The position numbers and the translations under genes are program-made. Shown here one piece after another: positions 10,454 through 24,173 of a stretch of DNA of 64,000 bases. The notes under the pieces were generated by a model. The model saw nothing but the letters and a program-made list of their open reading frames with translations, was not told the origin of the DNA and made no database searches. Source of the stretch: Eledone cirrhosa (taxonomy: Eukaryota); contig OZ024740.1 in NCBI GenBank assembly GCA_964016885.1, positions 31,248,001 through 31,312,000 of the forward strand, given 5' to 3'. Position 1 is the first letter of the stretch. Every line of letters starts with the position of its first letter.

Positions 10454-13265
10454 AGAAGACGGGACAAAGTGTCTGTTGTAAACACTAAATCCCTCCCCCG
10501 TGAAGAATGCACCTCCCAACATAGCCTAGTAGTTAGTGACCTCAGAGTCAGAAATAGACGTACTCGATGACAGAGGAGGCCTACCTTGAGGAGAAGAATA
10601 TGGAAGTTGAAGGACCCCATAGCCAGTGACAAATTTAAAAGCTTATTACTTGATGTCTTTGACAATAAGAAAGAGCAATTAGAGACGTGCGATATAGAGG
10701 AACAGTGGCAATTCTTGAAAGTGAACCTGCTGAAAGCAACGGATGAAATCTGTGGCTGGAGCAGACCTATTGGCAGGAAGAGAGTAACTTGGTGGTGGAA
10801 CAGTAAGGTAGAAGAGACAATCAAGGCCAAAAAGCAGGCTTGGAAAGTATGGCAGAATGGGGGTAGTATGGACAGTATGGCAGTAGAGAGCACTATCAAG
10901 TGGCCAGGAGAAAAGCTAGGAGACAAGTGTACCTTGCAAAAAGGGAAGCAGAGGATAGAAAGTTCAAGCATGTTCTACAACGCGAAGACCAAAAACGTGA
11001 AGTGTTCAGGATTGCTAATGTGTCAAGGAAAACCGTGATATTGTTGGGGAGAAGTGTGTCCGTAATGATAATGGTGTACTTGCTCTCACTGATGCTGATA
11101 AGTAGATAGCCTGGAAGTGTCACTATGAGAGACTATTAAAAGAGGAGAATAAGTGGGAAAAAGATAGTCCGCCCCAAATCGATCCAATAGAAGGACCAGC
11201 GATGCAAGTTAAAGGTAGTATAATAAGTAAGGCAATCAAAGATATGAAGACAGGCAAGGCAGCTGGGCCTTCAGAGATAGTTGCTGAGATGTTGAGGGCA
11301 TCTGGAATGGTGGGACATACTATGGTCACCTGTATAGTTAACCAAGTAATACAGAATGGGGTCATACCAAAAGACTGGCATAGCAGCATCATCATTAACT
11401 GCTACTAGGGTAAAGGAGATGCTTTAGATAGAGGAAACTATAGAGGCATTAAGTTAGTTGGCCAGGTCATGAAGGTCACAGAAAGAGTTATAGCGCAACT
11501 AATCAGAGAGCGAATTGATCTAGATGAAATGCAGTTTGGGTTTGTGTCAGGTAAAAGTACCACAGACGCTCTTTTCGTTGTACGACAACTACAGCAGAAG
11601 TACCTAGCTAAAAGTAAACCCCTCTACTTAGCTTTTGTAGACCTGGAAAAAGCCTTTGATAGAGTCCCCTGCTCCATTATCTGGTGGGCTCTTAGAAAAC
11701 TAGGTGTAGATGAATGGCTTGTGAGAGCTATACAAGCTATGTATAATGAAACAGTCAGTAAGGTTAGAATTAACAATGAATATTGTGAAGAATTTAGTGT
11801 AAAAGTTGGTGTTCACCAAGGCTCTGCCCTTAGCTCCCTCCTATTTATTATTGTCCTTCAGGCTATAACAGAGGAGTTCAAAACCGGCTGCCCATGGGAA
11901 CTCCTATACACAGATAATCTAACGCTCATAGCTGAATCAATGGCTGAACTAGAAAAGAAATTCCAAACATGGAAGCATGGCCTAGAATCAAAAGGCCTTA
12001 AAGTTAACTTGTCTAAGACTAAAGTCCTAGTTTGTAGAAAGGAAAATAAGGCACAGGTACCCTCAGGGAAATGGCCTTGCTCAGTGTGTAGGAAAGGAGT
12101 AGGCAGAAATTCAATTTTATGTCCCAAATGCAAAGTATGGGTACATAAAAGATGTAGTGGGATCACAGGTAAACTATCTAAGAACGTTGACTTTATATGT
12201 GGCCGATGCTCAGGTGCAATAGGTAGCAAGTGTCCACAGGATACTAGCCCCTTCTATTGCCCAGATGGTTCTATAGAAATAGTAGACACTTTCCGTTACC
12301 TAGGTGACAAAATCAGCAGTGGTGGAGGGTGTTCTGAAAGTACAGTAGCCAGAGTCAGAACGGGATGGAAAAAGTTCAGAGAGCATATACCGCTGTTGGC
12401 CACAAAAGGTTTCTCTCTAAAAATGAAAGGCAGATTGTATGATGCTTGTATACGAACAGCAATGCTACATGGCAGTGAGACATGGGCATTGCGTGCAGAG
12501 GACCTGCGTAGACTGGAAAAGAACGAAGCATGCATGCTCCATTGGATGTGTAATAGTAATATACGTGAACGGCAAAGCATAAATGAACTAAGTGAGAAAT
12601 TATGAATAAGAGGGATCAGATGCTGTTTACTCGAGAGAAGACTACGTTGGTATGGCCACGTGATGCGCATGAAAGACGACAGCTGTATAAAAAGTGCAGG
12701 GAGATCAAAATTGATGGTAGTTACGGAGTAGGTAGACCCAGAAAAACCTGGGACGATCTGATAAATTCCGATCTTACACACTTGCACCTCTCTAAGACAA
12801 TGTCACTGGACCGAGATCTTTGGCGCTATGCAGTAATACAGAAGACATGCCTTTCCTATGTACAAAGCGAAACCTACAGTCAGTAGGCACCTCTTAACCA
12901 AATATACACCCCAATCCACTACCCCTACCCTATCCTCCCACCACCCTCTCTCTATAAAGCTGGTACCACAACATCCAATCCAAATAAATGAGATAAATGA
13001 GATCAAGATCGTGTAGGTGTCACGAGAAAAAAAACGCAGTCCACGCTGTAATGTGGTCGTGTAGGTAACACGATAAAAACCTCCCAGTTCCACACTGTAA
13101 ATGTGGTTGGTGTTAGGAAGGGCATCCAGCTGTAGAAAACCTGCCAGATAGTCCTATATGAGCGAGACATGGTCGCCCGACCAACTTTGCCTCAAGTGGG
13201 ACAACTCCCGTCTAACCCTTGCTAGCGTGGAAAATGGACGTTAAACGAAGATGATGATGATGATG
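9293..13265 (+). mobile_element. Near full-length degenerate RTE LINE (APE endonuclease, RT, PHD-like finger), interrupted by a CR1-like fragment
   Basis: EN motifs VGTMNVGTL, SAYAPQ, GDLN, QIDYIL; RT QFGF, AFVDLEKAFD, GVHQGS, YTDN (decayed YADD); several frameshifts; (ATG)n tail; (TA)n on both sides. Confidence 0.93.
10031..10453 (+). mobile_element. 5'-truncated CR1/L2-group LINE 3' end inserted in the RTE endonuclease
   Basis: NTRGHAHK..RKHFF..RV..AWNKLP motif; (TTA)n tail; AGA(A) duplicated at both junctions relative to the uninterrupted copy at about 54680-54705(-). Confidence 0.88.
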
Positions 13266-14216
13266 ATACATATATATATAAATATATATATAGAGAGAGT
13301 AATCCAGTCTTGGTCACTATCTTGTGGGGGAAGAGGATGAGGTAGAAATTGCATGAGAGAGAGAGGTAGAGAGAAGAAAAGAAAGTATAGAGTTTATATT
13401 ATAAGTATTTATGTGTCAATAGAAAATATGATTACACTGAATCATAACGTTATAATGACAGAAAATATGTGGTATTTAAAAGTGTTTATGTAAATACATG
13501 TGGTGTGTGTATAATTCCATGAGTTCATATAAAGAAATGTGAGTGTGTGTAGGTAGCATTTAGAATTTGAAATGACAGTTAACTGTGACCTCGTTAAATG
13601 TTTTGTGTCATTGGATATTTTTGGCTTTCAAAACTTTTTATTATAGTAATAAGAAATGATGCATGATGATGAACCGAATCACCTATCACTTTAGCTGAGT
13701 AGAAAAGCATGTTTAATTTGTCACAATCTGTTGGCTGATGTCAGATGTTTTTCTCGGTGAAAGCAAATCAAGAGTTCACAGTTTTAAATTGAGACAAAAA
13801 CCTGTTACACATCCAACAATAGTAAACATAGTCAGTCAGTTTATTTTTTTTATTTCAGCTAGAAGTCAAATACAATTGTAGTTCAATAAATATTGGGGAA
13901 CATTAGAAAGAGTGGCAATGTTAAGTTGCAGAAAAAATATAATTGTTTCTACTTTTGGCACAAGGCCAGCAATTACCCAGTGAATTAGTACTTTATTTTA
14001 TCGACCCCGTAAGGATGAAAGGCAAAGTTAACCTCAGCAGGATTTGAATTCAGAATGGCAAGGGTTGTAACTCTGTGTGTCAAAGCATGGTGTCCGACCC
14101 TCTACCGATACTGCCAATGCACCGCCAGTTGCGGAAAAAATATAATACCAGACTAAATGCTTTTCATTCCTCTATGTTCTCAGTTAAAATCCCACATTTT
14201 TTCCTTTATTATTCAG

Positions 14217-14422
14217 AACTTTCTCATGCTGTGGTGGATGCAGGTGCTGTTCCTCTCCTGGTGCTCTGCATTCAAGAACCTGAAGTATCCCTGAAAAGCA
14301 TTGCTGCTTCTGCACTTAGTGACATCTGCAAACATTCACCAGAATTGGCTCAAACCGTTGTGGACTGTGGCGCTATTGCTCACCTCTCACAGATGACACT
14401 CAACCCAAATTCTAAACTAAAA
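14217..14422 (+). CDS. SPAG6: SPAG6 coding exon
   Basis: ttcag acceptor; (E)LSHAVVDAGAVPLLVLCIQEPEVSLKSIAASALSDICKHSPELAQTVVDCGAIAHLSQMTLNPNSKLK; GTAAGT donor; 206 nt. Confidence 0.96.
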
Positions 14423-17125
14423 GTAAGTCAAGAGTTCGGCTGTTTTACTCGCAACTATTCTCAGGTTCCAGATTATAGGGGGATGGAATAAGTGTGTGTG
14501 TGTGGGGGGTGGGGATTCTAGGTTGTCTCCATTGATTTTTAAAAAAACAGAATTAGTCATTTAGTTTACATATTGAGATCCCAACCCATCATATATTTAT
14601 TTTATAACCTATGGATGGGATTTCTAGTAAATTACTTTTTTTGTCATGTATAATGTTTTTTAATGTATAAAGAAAATTAATTGTCGCAGGAATGCTACCA
14701 ATTAAAATAAAATTTCACCTGAGATTGATTACCAAAATTAATAAGTGTGTGTGTGTGGAGGAGGGGGAGGCGGGTTATTTGAGATCTGAGAGTAACTAAT
14801 CATTTTTAAATAGAACATAGTTGGACGTAAATAAACTTTATGAATTATCAAAGCACTGAGAGTGTTTGAAGTATGAAAATTTGAAAAGCTGAAAGTCCCA
14901 AACACAGAAAATAACTGTAATAACAGCCAATAATTAAAGATAAGCAGTGAGAAAATTGAATGAATTACCCTTAAAAATAAAAAAAAACATTTTACCTAAT
15001 TTTCTCAGCTCTTATCTATAGTGATCAACAGTTATTACAGTTATTTTCTACATTTGGGGCTCGCATTTTCAGATTTAAAAAAAATACTTTATTACACTAA
15101 CATAAGAAAATATATGCAGCACAAATTATTACAATTATACTGTAAATATGATGTTATTTTGTTTTACAGTTTTGTCAGAAGAGGAAGTGGGCAGCAAATT
15201 GACAGAGACATCAGAATGTCAGATAGAATGATTTGTAGTATTTATTACAGCTCTCTATGCTCTGAGGTCGACTTTGCCTTTTGATAAAAATGTATTAGTC
15301 TAGTACTGGGGTCGATTCTATCCCTATATCTCTTTTACACTTCCTCTCTCACTCACACTTACCTTCTAAGGAAAAGTTGGCTATATTCAGACCTGGGGAG
15401 GGGATTGGCACTGCCAGGTTTAAGATGCCCAAATATCACTTATGGTGCTCCTATGACTCCATCAGGAATTACAGGTTTATACATTCACACAGAAAAGAGA
15501 AGTGAGTACCATGGCCTTTTGAATGGCCTCCAAGACTAGTTGTAGGAAAATAGAATAAAATACTAGGATTCATGTGTTGCTGCTTAAGCAAACAGTAACT
15601 CAACATATCAAGTTATCCTTAGACTAGAAATCTGATATGAATGCTGTAACAAAGTTGACTCCGCTAAACATATCCAAAGTTCAGGTATTAAATTGGCTGA
15701 CTGATTAATCTGACAGGCTTCTGCATAGACTCTGTAACTCACAATTCTCTTGTTCAAGGTACCATGTAGTGTAAATGAGCCCGGAGCCACACAATTGCAA
15801 TGTGAACTTCTAACCATATGGCCATGCTTACATTTATAGCAATATAAGAACATGTTTGTTACTTGCTATGAGGGAGCCTCAACACAGTTACCCAATCTGA
15901 TAGAAACAGCAGTCAAATCTCCCTCAAATCACAGTATGCTGTATTGATAAAAGACATATTGGATAGTGTAGCCTTAGACTCATTATAACTGATTCAAAGG
16001 TGGAATTATTTTAACCCTTTATCATTTAAACCGGCCATATACGCCAGAATTTTCTCACCTCTTCTATTCAAACCGGCTGTAACCTACCGCTCATACTGAT
16101 GTTAATGTATTGTTCTCAAAATAAATATTATCAAAATCTCATAGATTTGATATTATGTGAGATAACTATATAAAATATAGCCTTTACTGTGAAAATATAA
16201 TAGTAAATATAGAGTAATGTAAATGCTAAAAGGTTAATCATAGATCTGGTCAAGTATGGTTGACCTGACGCTAATCAATGACTAATGACATATTGTGGAT
16301 TAGGGAAATATACAGTTTATTAAACTGAGGAGGAAAGAAAGTGCCTATTGACAATTCAGGTTCTAGAATTAACAACTAGAATAATTAGGAGAGATTTAGT
16401 GGGTGTAATGTCCAGTTTTAACTTTTAAAGACTAATAATTGGAAGCAATGAAGAACAAAGTTTGGGGCACCTGAAGTCAACATGTGTATTTATTTTTGTG
16501 ATATGTATGGATGATGATCAATAGGCAAAGAATTCCCAAGAAGTCCCAGTGGAAGGAGGCTGCAGTAGAGGAATACCAAGGAAGACCTGTCTACCGATAC
16601 GGCCAATCCACGGTCCTAAGTTACTCAACTAGTAATACACCAAAGATTATCTCAACTGGTGTGTGTTTTTACTGGCATCATGATCTCAAAATATAACAAT
16701 ATCAGTTTCAACACACGATTTCGCATAAAAATCTTGCAAAATGAAGTATTGATATTTTGTTATCCTTATATTGCCTTTTATAAGGTAGCGACTTGGCAGA
16801 GTCATTAGAATGTCAGATAGAATGATTTGCCATATTTGTTCCAGCTCTCTGCTCTCTGAATTCAAATCCTACCATGGTCAACTTTGCCATTCAGCCATTT
16901 GAGGTCGATAAAATAAAGTATCAGTCTAGTATTGGGGTCGATTCTTCCTCTATATCTCTTTCTCACTTTCTATCCTTCTCTGGAAGAAATCTGCTGTAGT
17001 TATGCCTGGAGAGGGATGTCCTCTGCCAGGCTTAAACTGCAGTGCCCCTATGACTTCATCAGGAGTTACTAGGCCATATCATACCTTTGGTTAGTTACTA
17101 TCTCTACTCTTTATTTTTCTTCCAG

Positions 17126-17299
17126 AGGCAAGTGTTCTCAGCTCTCAGCCAGATAAGCAAACACTCCGTCGATCTAGCTGAAATGGTTGTTGAAGCTGAA
17201 ATCTTCCCTTCTATACTGATCAGCTTAAAAGATTCAGATAATCAAGTGAAGAAGAATGTTGCCACACTTATTCGAGAAATAGCAAAACATACCCCAGAG
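17126..17299 (+). CDS. SPAG6: SPAG6 coding exon
   Basis: ttccag acceptor; RQVFSALSQISKHSVDLAEMVVEAEIFPSILISLKDSDNQVKKNVATLIREIAKHTPE; GTACGT donor; 174 nt. Confidence 0.96.
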
Positions 17300-18147
17300 G
17301 TACGTATTGATAGTTGGTAGAACACACATATATATGTTTGAAGATCACTTCACTGAAGAAGCTGTGTATCTATATCTTTATATATATATATATATATATA
17401 TCATCATCATCATCATTTTACATCCGCTTTTCCCTGCTTGCAAGGGTGGGACGGGAACTGATTCTGGCTTGATTTCTACAGCTGGATGCCCTTCCTAACA
17501 CCAACCTCATTTACAGTGAGTGCTGGGTACTTTTTTGCCATGGCACCTCCACAACCACTTTGCAGTGGAATGATAGGGACCCCAGTCCCTATTATCTTAT
17601 TTCTACAGCTGAGTAAACTGGAGCAATGTGAAATAAAGTATCTTGCTCAAGGAAACAACTCATCACCCGGTCTGAGAATTGAACTCACAACCTTTTGATT
17701 GCAAGGCCATTGCTCTAACCACTAAGCCATGTGCCTCCATGTGAGTATATATATGTATGTATGTGTGTGTGTGTGTGTACTACTACACATATATACAGAT
17801 ACACAGCTTCTGTATGTGTATATGCCAGTATATGTGTATCTGTGCTTGTGTGTGTGTATGTGTGTTTGTGTGTCTTTGTGTCTGTGTAAATGTGCGCATG
17901 AACATTTTAGATTAATGGTAAACTTCTGGTGAAGTCAGTGGTGTTTGATTCCCAGTTCAGCTATTTTATTCAGTCTTAGTACTCTAAGTATTCACGATTA
18001 ACAACTACTTGCTCTATTGTGGAATGTGTGCAAGCAAAACTCAGCCCCAAACTTATCCGAGAGATCAGTAGCTTTAATTAAGTACTGACTTTATCTGTAA
18101 CAACTTGACCAACCCTTGGTAGTAGGGAAAATGAATGTTAAATGATG

Positions 18148-18219
<72 letters not shown>

Positions 18220-18317
18220 CAGAAGGGATATTTAATTTGTTGGAAATTCAACAAATATAAATGTTTATAACTGATTCAGAGCACTCGACAGCTTTCTGGA
18301 GTAAATATCATTGTATA

Positions 18318-18530
18318 TATCATCATCATCATCATCATCATCATCATCGTTTAACGTCCCTGTTCCACGCTTGCATGGGTTTGGACGGGGGTTTTCCCAC
18401 TTGAGGCAAGAGTGGTTGTCTTGCTCGCATAGGACTGTCTGGCGTGTTTTCTACAGCTGGATGCCCTTCCTAACACCAACCACATTTACAGTGTGGGACT
18501 GGGAGGTTTTTACCGTGTTGCCTACACGGT
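18318..18530 (-). mobile_element. RTE 3'UTR fragment in a TA microsatellite
   Basis: (CAT)n-CGTTTAACGTCC...GGATGCCCTTCC; near-identical to the other RTE tails. Confidence 0.85.
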
Positions 18531-18531
18531 C

Positions 18532-18592
<61 letters not shown>

Positions 18593-19254
18593 TATATGCA
18601 AATCCTTGGCAGGTCTAAAATGTCATGCCTCATATTGACATCCAAACTGAATGGACTGATTAGGTTGTTTGGATCCTCATATGTCGAAATTGACAGGAGC
18701 GTCCATCATATATATATATTTATATATAAAATATGAGGAAATAATAGACAAAAATATACCTATTTTTTCTTCAAAGTCCCGACTGCAGTTTCACCGATCC
18801 ATGTGCTACATATCTGCACTATAATAATGCATCAATGCTGTGAGGCTGATGCGGTTTATCAAGAGATTCCTCAGAAAAAAGGGCCATTTCTTTGATGCAT
18901 TTGTAGCAAGTGAGAAAATGTCTAGAGGTGGAGGGTGGAATTAACATGTGATACAGTGGTAAAAAAAAAAGGACTTTCTTTCATAGCAAGTGAGAATATC
19001 TCGAGAGGTGGAGGGAGAAATTAACACATGATACAGCGGTCACAGGCGGGCAGTAAGGTGAACAATGAGCAAATAACGTATTTGCTAGAAATAGCAGTTA
19101 GTACACTCAAACTATGTGTATAGTTAAACATCTAAATATATTTACATATGTGTGTGTGTGTATGTACCTGTGTGATTAAGTGTATAGAAAGAACGAGAGA
19201 GGAAGAGATAGAAAGAAAGAGGGAAAGTGACTTAATAGATAATTTATCAACTGT

Positions 19255-19535
19255 TTATTAACACACACATTATTAATGCACACATGCTCAAACACACACA
19301 TACACAAACACAAATACACACACATACTCACAAACACAAATGCATACTCACGCACACATACTCAAACATAAATATACACATACTCACAAACACAATGCAT
19401 ACTCATGCACACATACTCAAACACAAATACACACATACTCAAACACAAATGCATACATACACACAAACACAAATGCATATACACACACAAATACAAATGT
19501 ATACAGACACATATGCATACACAGCCACACACACA
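19255..19535. repeat. Degenerate (CA)-rich microsatellite just upstream of a SPAG6 acceptor
   Basis: Long ACAC/ATAC low-complexity tract. Confidence 0.85.
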
Positions 19536-19592
19536 GAAATCTCCCTCTATTTCTCATATATTTGACTTTCCTTCTTTTGTTCTTTCATACAG

Positions 19593-19745
19593 TTAGCTCA
19601 GCTGATTGTCAATGCAGGTGGAGTTGCTGCTATTGTCTCCTATATAGGACAGACCCAAGGCAATATAAGACTCCCAGGAATAATGGCTCTTGGTTATATA
19701 GCCGCACATGCTGAAAACCTGGCTATGGCTGTTATTGTCTCTAAG
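19593..19745 (+). CDS. SPAG6: SPAG6 coding exon
   Basis: catacag acceptor; LAQLIVNAGGVAAIVSYIGQTQGNIRLPGIMALGYIAAHAENLAMAVIVSK; GTACTG donor; 153 nt. Confidence 0.95.
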
Positions 19746-20208
19746 GTACTGTTCAGTATTTCTTTGGTTGTTGCTAATGAAGATGTCAACTATGATGACA
19801 TTGACAATGATGATGATGATGTCTATAATACTAGCTATCCCTACCATTGTCAACACCACCTATAGGATCACTTGACTTGCTAGTTGTAGCAAACAATTCT
19901 CCTTCAATTACGCCCTGTCATCTTTAAAAGGGAAGGCTACATTTGTTAATGTTTTTTTTTTTTTAGATATGCAATGCTGAAGAAAAGAACATCATCATCA
20001 TCACCACCACCACTGCCATCACTACTCCTACCACCACCATCACCATCATCATCAGCATCATCATCATCACCGTTTAATGCCCATTTTTTCACACTAGCAT
20101 GGGTTAGATGTGAGTGTAGTCAGATCAGATGACCATGTCTTGCTCACACTGAACCTATGTTGGCTTGGTTTCAATGGCTGGATGCCCTTCCTAACGCTAA
20201 CCACATTT

Positions 20209-20645
20209 ACAGTGCGGACTGAGTGCTTTTTGTCATGGTACCTACATGATCACTCTACAGTGTGTACTGTGTGCTTTTTGTCATGGTACCTACATGATCA
20301 CTCTACAGTGTGTACTGTGTGCTTTTTGTCATGGTACCTACATGATCACTCTACAGTGTGTACTGTGTGCTTTTTGTCATGGTACCTACATGATCACTCT
20401 ACAGTGTGTACTGTGTGCTTTTTGTCATGGTACCTACATGATCACTCTACAGTGTGTACTGTGTGCTTTTTGTCATGGTACCTACATGATCACTCTACAG
20501 TGTGTACTGTGTGCTTTTTGTCATGGTACCTACATGATCACTCTACAGTGTGTACTGTGTGCTTTTTGTCATGGTACCTACATCATCACTTTACAGTGTG
20601 TACTGTGTGCTTTTTGTCATGGTACCTACATGATCACTTTACAGT
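20209..20645. repeat. 48-bp minisatellite, about 9 copies, amplified from an RTE 3'UTR subrepeat
   Basis: Unit CTCTACAGTGTGTACTGTGTGCTTTTTGTCATGGTACCTACATGATCA; follows an RTE-type tail at about 20050-20210. Confidence 0.92.
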
Positions 20646-21067
20646 ATGAGCTGGGTGCAACATCATTGCCCCCTCCCCAGAACCATAACAGCCACACTGG
20701 AAGTCCTTATATCATTGTTATAAAATAGTGAAGGCGGATGGCTTAGTGGTTAGAGAATTGGATTTGCAATCGTGAGGCTGCAAGTTCAATTCCCAGACCA
20801 ACTGATGCATTATGTCCTTGAGCAAGACACTTTATTTCAAATTGCTCTTTCTACTAGGGGTTGCGACTGGTAGATAGTATCAGCAATGGAACAACCATTG
20901 GAAACATTGTTTCCTTGGTTCATCTTGACAAGTTCCACCTCACTCGGTAAGCAAATAAGGTCGATTGATTCCTTTTTCTTTTATTACAACCATCAATCAT
21001 GACTGCAATCCCTGTATTATTGCCATATTGCAACAATATGTACACTTATATTTACATTTACTTCTAG

Positions 21068-21259
21068 GGTGCTACACAGTTGGCTCAGATCTTCTCAGAT
21101 AAAGAAGAAGACCATTTACTAAGTGCTGCAGCCTGGTCACTTGGACAGATTGGTCGTCATACTCCGGAACATTCTAAAGCTGTAGCTTTGACAAATGTTC
21201 TATCACATCTTCTTCAGAAATACTTGGATTCTTCTTCTTCTGAAGATCTTCAGATCAAG
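21068..21259 (+). CDS. SPAG6: SPAG6 coding exon
   Basis: ttctag acceptor; GATQLAQIFSDKEEDHLLSAAAWSLGQIGRHTPEHSKAVALTNVLSHLLQKYLDSSSSEDLQIK; GTAAAG donor; 192 nt. Confidence 0.95.
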
Positions 21260-21313
21260 GTAAAGTTTTTTACCAAACCCAAATCAGAAGGTACAACTCT
21301 ACTAATCTTTATA

Positions 21314-21515
21314 TATGAGAGTTGGCTGAAAAGTTCATAGGCTGACCAAGATACTCTCATGGAATGACCAAATGAGCTCTATTTTTCAACACAGTCCTTG
21401 GAAAGAAACAATGCAGTTATTAATAAGAAGTGTTGAAATTAATGCATGCAAGATTTCACTGCTCTAGCAACACTCCTTCATAGTCAGCCTATGAACCTTT
21501 CAGCCAACACTTGTA
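21314..21515. mobile_element. Tc1/mariner-type MITE
   Basis: TA + TGAGAGTTGGCTGAAAAGTTCATAGGCTGAC ... GTCAGCCTATGAACCTTTCAGCCAACACTTG + TA; about 30-bp imperfect TIRs. Confidence 0.75.
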
Positions 21516-22012
21516 CAACAGGGGTGACAACACCCCTCAAGGTATGAGTACCAAGTGCAACAGCTATATGACTCTATCTGAACTACCAATTTCTTCTTTT
21601 TTATCATTTTTAGAAGAAATCTGGAGTTGTGATTTTTGAAGGAAGTTTTGTTTATGTTTGTTAATTTATGTATTTATGGAGGTATATTTTCTTGTTGCCT
21701 ACAGATTTTGGAATCAGAGGTAAATAAAACACTAAACCATGTAGCATAGTGTAATGTTGTGTAGTACAATGTAGTATTGTGTAGTGTAGAACAATATCAT
21801 GTAGTATATGTGAAAGTGGGTTACTGGGTGTGTGTGTGAGTGTGTGACTACTATCATACTACTTGTATTATTACCACCACCACCACCTACTACTACTACT
21901 ACTACTACTACTTCCACCACCACCACCACCACCATCCATAAAGTTCATGTAGTGTAATATAATATAGTTTATATTGAAGCACTTTATTTAGTTTAGTTTC
22001 TTATCAATAGTT

Positions 22013-23897
22013 CGGGTATAGCTGCCGAGATGCTGAAGGCATCTGGGTCTGTAGGTCACACTATAACCACACGTATCGTTAACCAGGTAATACTAGAAGG
22101 GGCCATGCCAAAAGATTGGTGCAGTAGCATCATTGTCAACTGCTACAAAGGTAAAGGCGATGCACTAGATAGAGGAAACTATAGAGGTATAAAGTTGATG
22201 GACCAGGTCATGAAAGTAACAGAAAGAGTTATAGCACAGCTGATTAGGGACCGGGTGAATATAGACGAGATGCAATTTGGGTTTGTACCAGGGAGAGGCA
22301 CCACTGATGCCCACTTCCTTGTGAGGCAATTACAGGAAAAGTACCTAGCTAAAAGTAAGCCACTCTACTTGGCATTTGTCGACCTTGAGAAAGCCTTTGA
22401 CAGAGTTCCACGTGCAGTAATCTGGTGGGCTCTTAGAAAACTAGGAGTAGATGAATGGCTTGTGAAAGCGGTACAAGCCATGTATAGGGGAGCAGTCAGC
22501 AAAGTTAGGATTAGCAATGAGTATAGCGAGGAATTTAGCGTACAGGTTGGGGTCCACCAGGGCTCTGTTCTTAGCCCTCTCCTGTTCATCATAGTCCTGC
22601 AGGCAATAACGGAGGAGTTTAAGACCGAATGCCCATGGGAACTCCTGTATGCTGATGACCTCGCACTCATAGCTGAATCTATGGTAGAACTAGAGAATAA
22701 ATTCCAAACCTGGAAGCAGGGACTAGAGAGAAAGGGCCTCAAAGTCAACCTGACAAAGACTAAGGTCCTTGTAAGTAGACGAGAAAACAGAACCCAGATC
22801 CCCTCAGGGAAATGGCCTTGCTCAGTATGTAGGAAAGGTGTAGGTAGGAACTCCATTCTCTGCCCCAAATGCAAACAATGGGTACACAAGAGATGTAGCG
22901 GGATCTCAGGAAGCTTAATTAAGAATGTAGGATTCACATGCAGCAGCTGTGCTGAAACAGTAAGCAAACAGCCACAGGAAACAAGTACCACCAATCTCTG
23001 GGAGGGCCCTGTAGAAACAGTAGACAGCTTCTGCTACCTAGGTGACTGAATTAGCAACGGAGGTGGGTGCTCAGAAAGTACAATAACTAGGGTAAGAACG
23101 GGATAGAAGAAGTTTAGGGAACTACTACCACTGCTAGCTGAATGAAAGGCAGACTGTATGATGCGTGTATCCGAACAGTGATGTTGCATGGTAGTGAGAC
23201 CTGGGCGCTGAAGGTGGAAGACTTACGTAGATTAGAGAGAAACGAAGCCTGCATGCTCCGATGGATGTGTAACAGTAATATAAGTGAACGACAAAGCATA
23301 AAGGAATTGAGAGAGAGACTGAGCATAAGAGGAATCAAATGCTGCGTGCAGGAGAGGCGGTTACGCTGGTATGGACATGTGATGCGTATGAAGGATGACA
23401 GCTCATAAAAAGGTGCAGAGCACTAGAAGTTGATGGAAACCGCGGAGTGGGGAGACCCAAGATGACTTGGGATGAGGTGATAAAAGCCGACCTTACCCAA
23501 CTACACCTCTCAAAGACAATGACACACGACCGTGACTTCTGGCGTCACGCAGTAATACAGGGTACCCGACCTCCCATGGGTACATGCTGAAGCATATAAA
23601 CAATATGCCCCCACTCCCCCCACCGCAAGGTGGTCGTGGAGGTGCCACGGCAAAAAAGCACCCAGCCCCCACTGTAAAGTGGACGTGTAGGCGCCACGAA
23701 AAAGCACCCAGCACTCACTGTAAATGAGGTTGGTGTTAGGAAGGGCATCCAGCTGTAGAAATCAAGCCAGAATCAGTTCCTGTATGAGCAAGGCATGGTC
23801 AGCCGACCAGACACTGCCCACAACAGGACAACCCGTCTAACCCATGCTAGCGTGGAAGAACGGACGTAAAACGGTGATGATGATGATGATGATGATG
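22013..23897 (+). mobile_element. 5'-truncated RTE LINE, second subfamily (intact YADD; premature stops downstream)
   Basis: ORF 22030-23049 with QFGF, DLEKAFD, GVHQGS, YADD and CSVC..CPKC..HKRC..CSSC; C-terminus 23142-23408; (ATG)n tail. Confidence 0.93.
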
Positions 23898-24173
23898 ATA
23901 GAGAGGTTTATTTATTTCTACTAGAATCTTGTTTCTCTTTTATTACCTCCTAAGCTCTGCACTAACCCCTACCAACCTTTCCTCTTTCTCTCTGACGTTT
24001 CCTTCCTGTAGCTGTCCACTTGTAACACTTTAAACGGAACATAAACTGGATCAATTTCCCCTCAGAGAGCTTGCATAGGCTATGAGCATTGCTCCTTTTT
24101 TAAATTGTTTTTGTTGACATGGCATCATTGTCTATCTTTTGCTTGATTTTCTTTTCTTTATACTGTTGCACAG

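Noticed and set aside
19284-19714. His/Thr-rich ORFs, and other YIYI/VCVC ORFs across the window
   Set aside because: Translations of (CA)n, (TA)n and (TG)n microsatellites
20110-20728. Cys/His-rich repetitive ORFs of 179 and 160 aa
   Set aside because: Translation of a 48-bp minisatellite (multiple of 3) inside a SPAG6 intron; no splice or homology support
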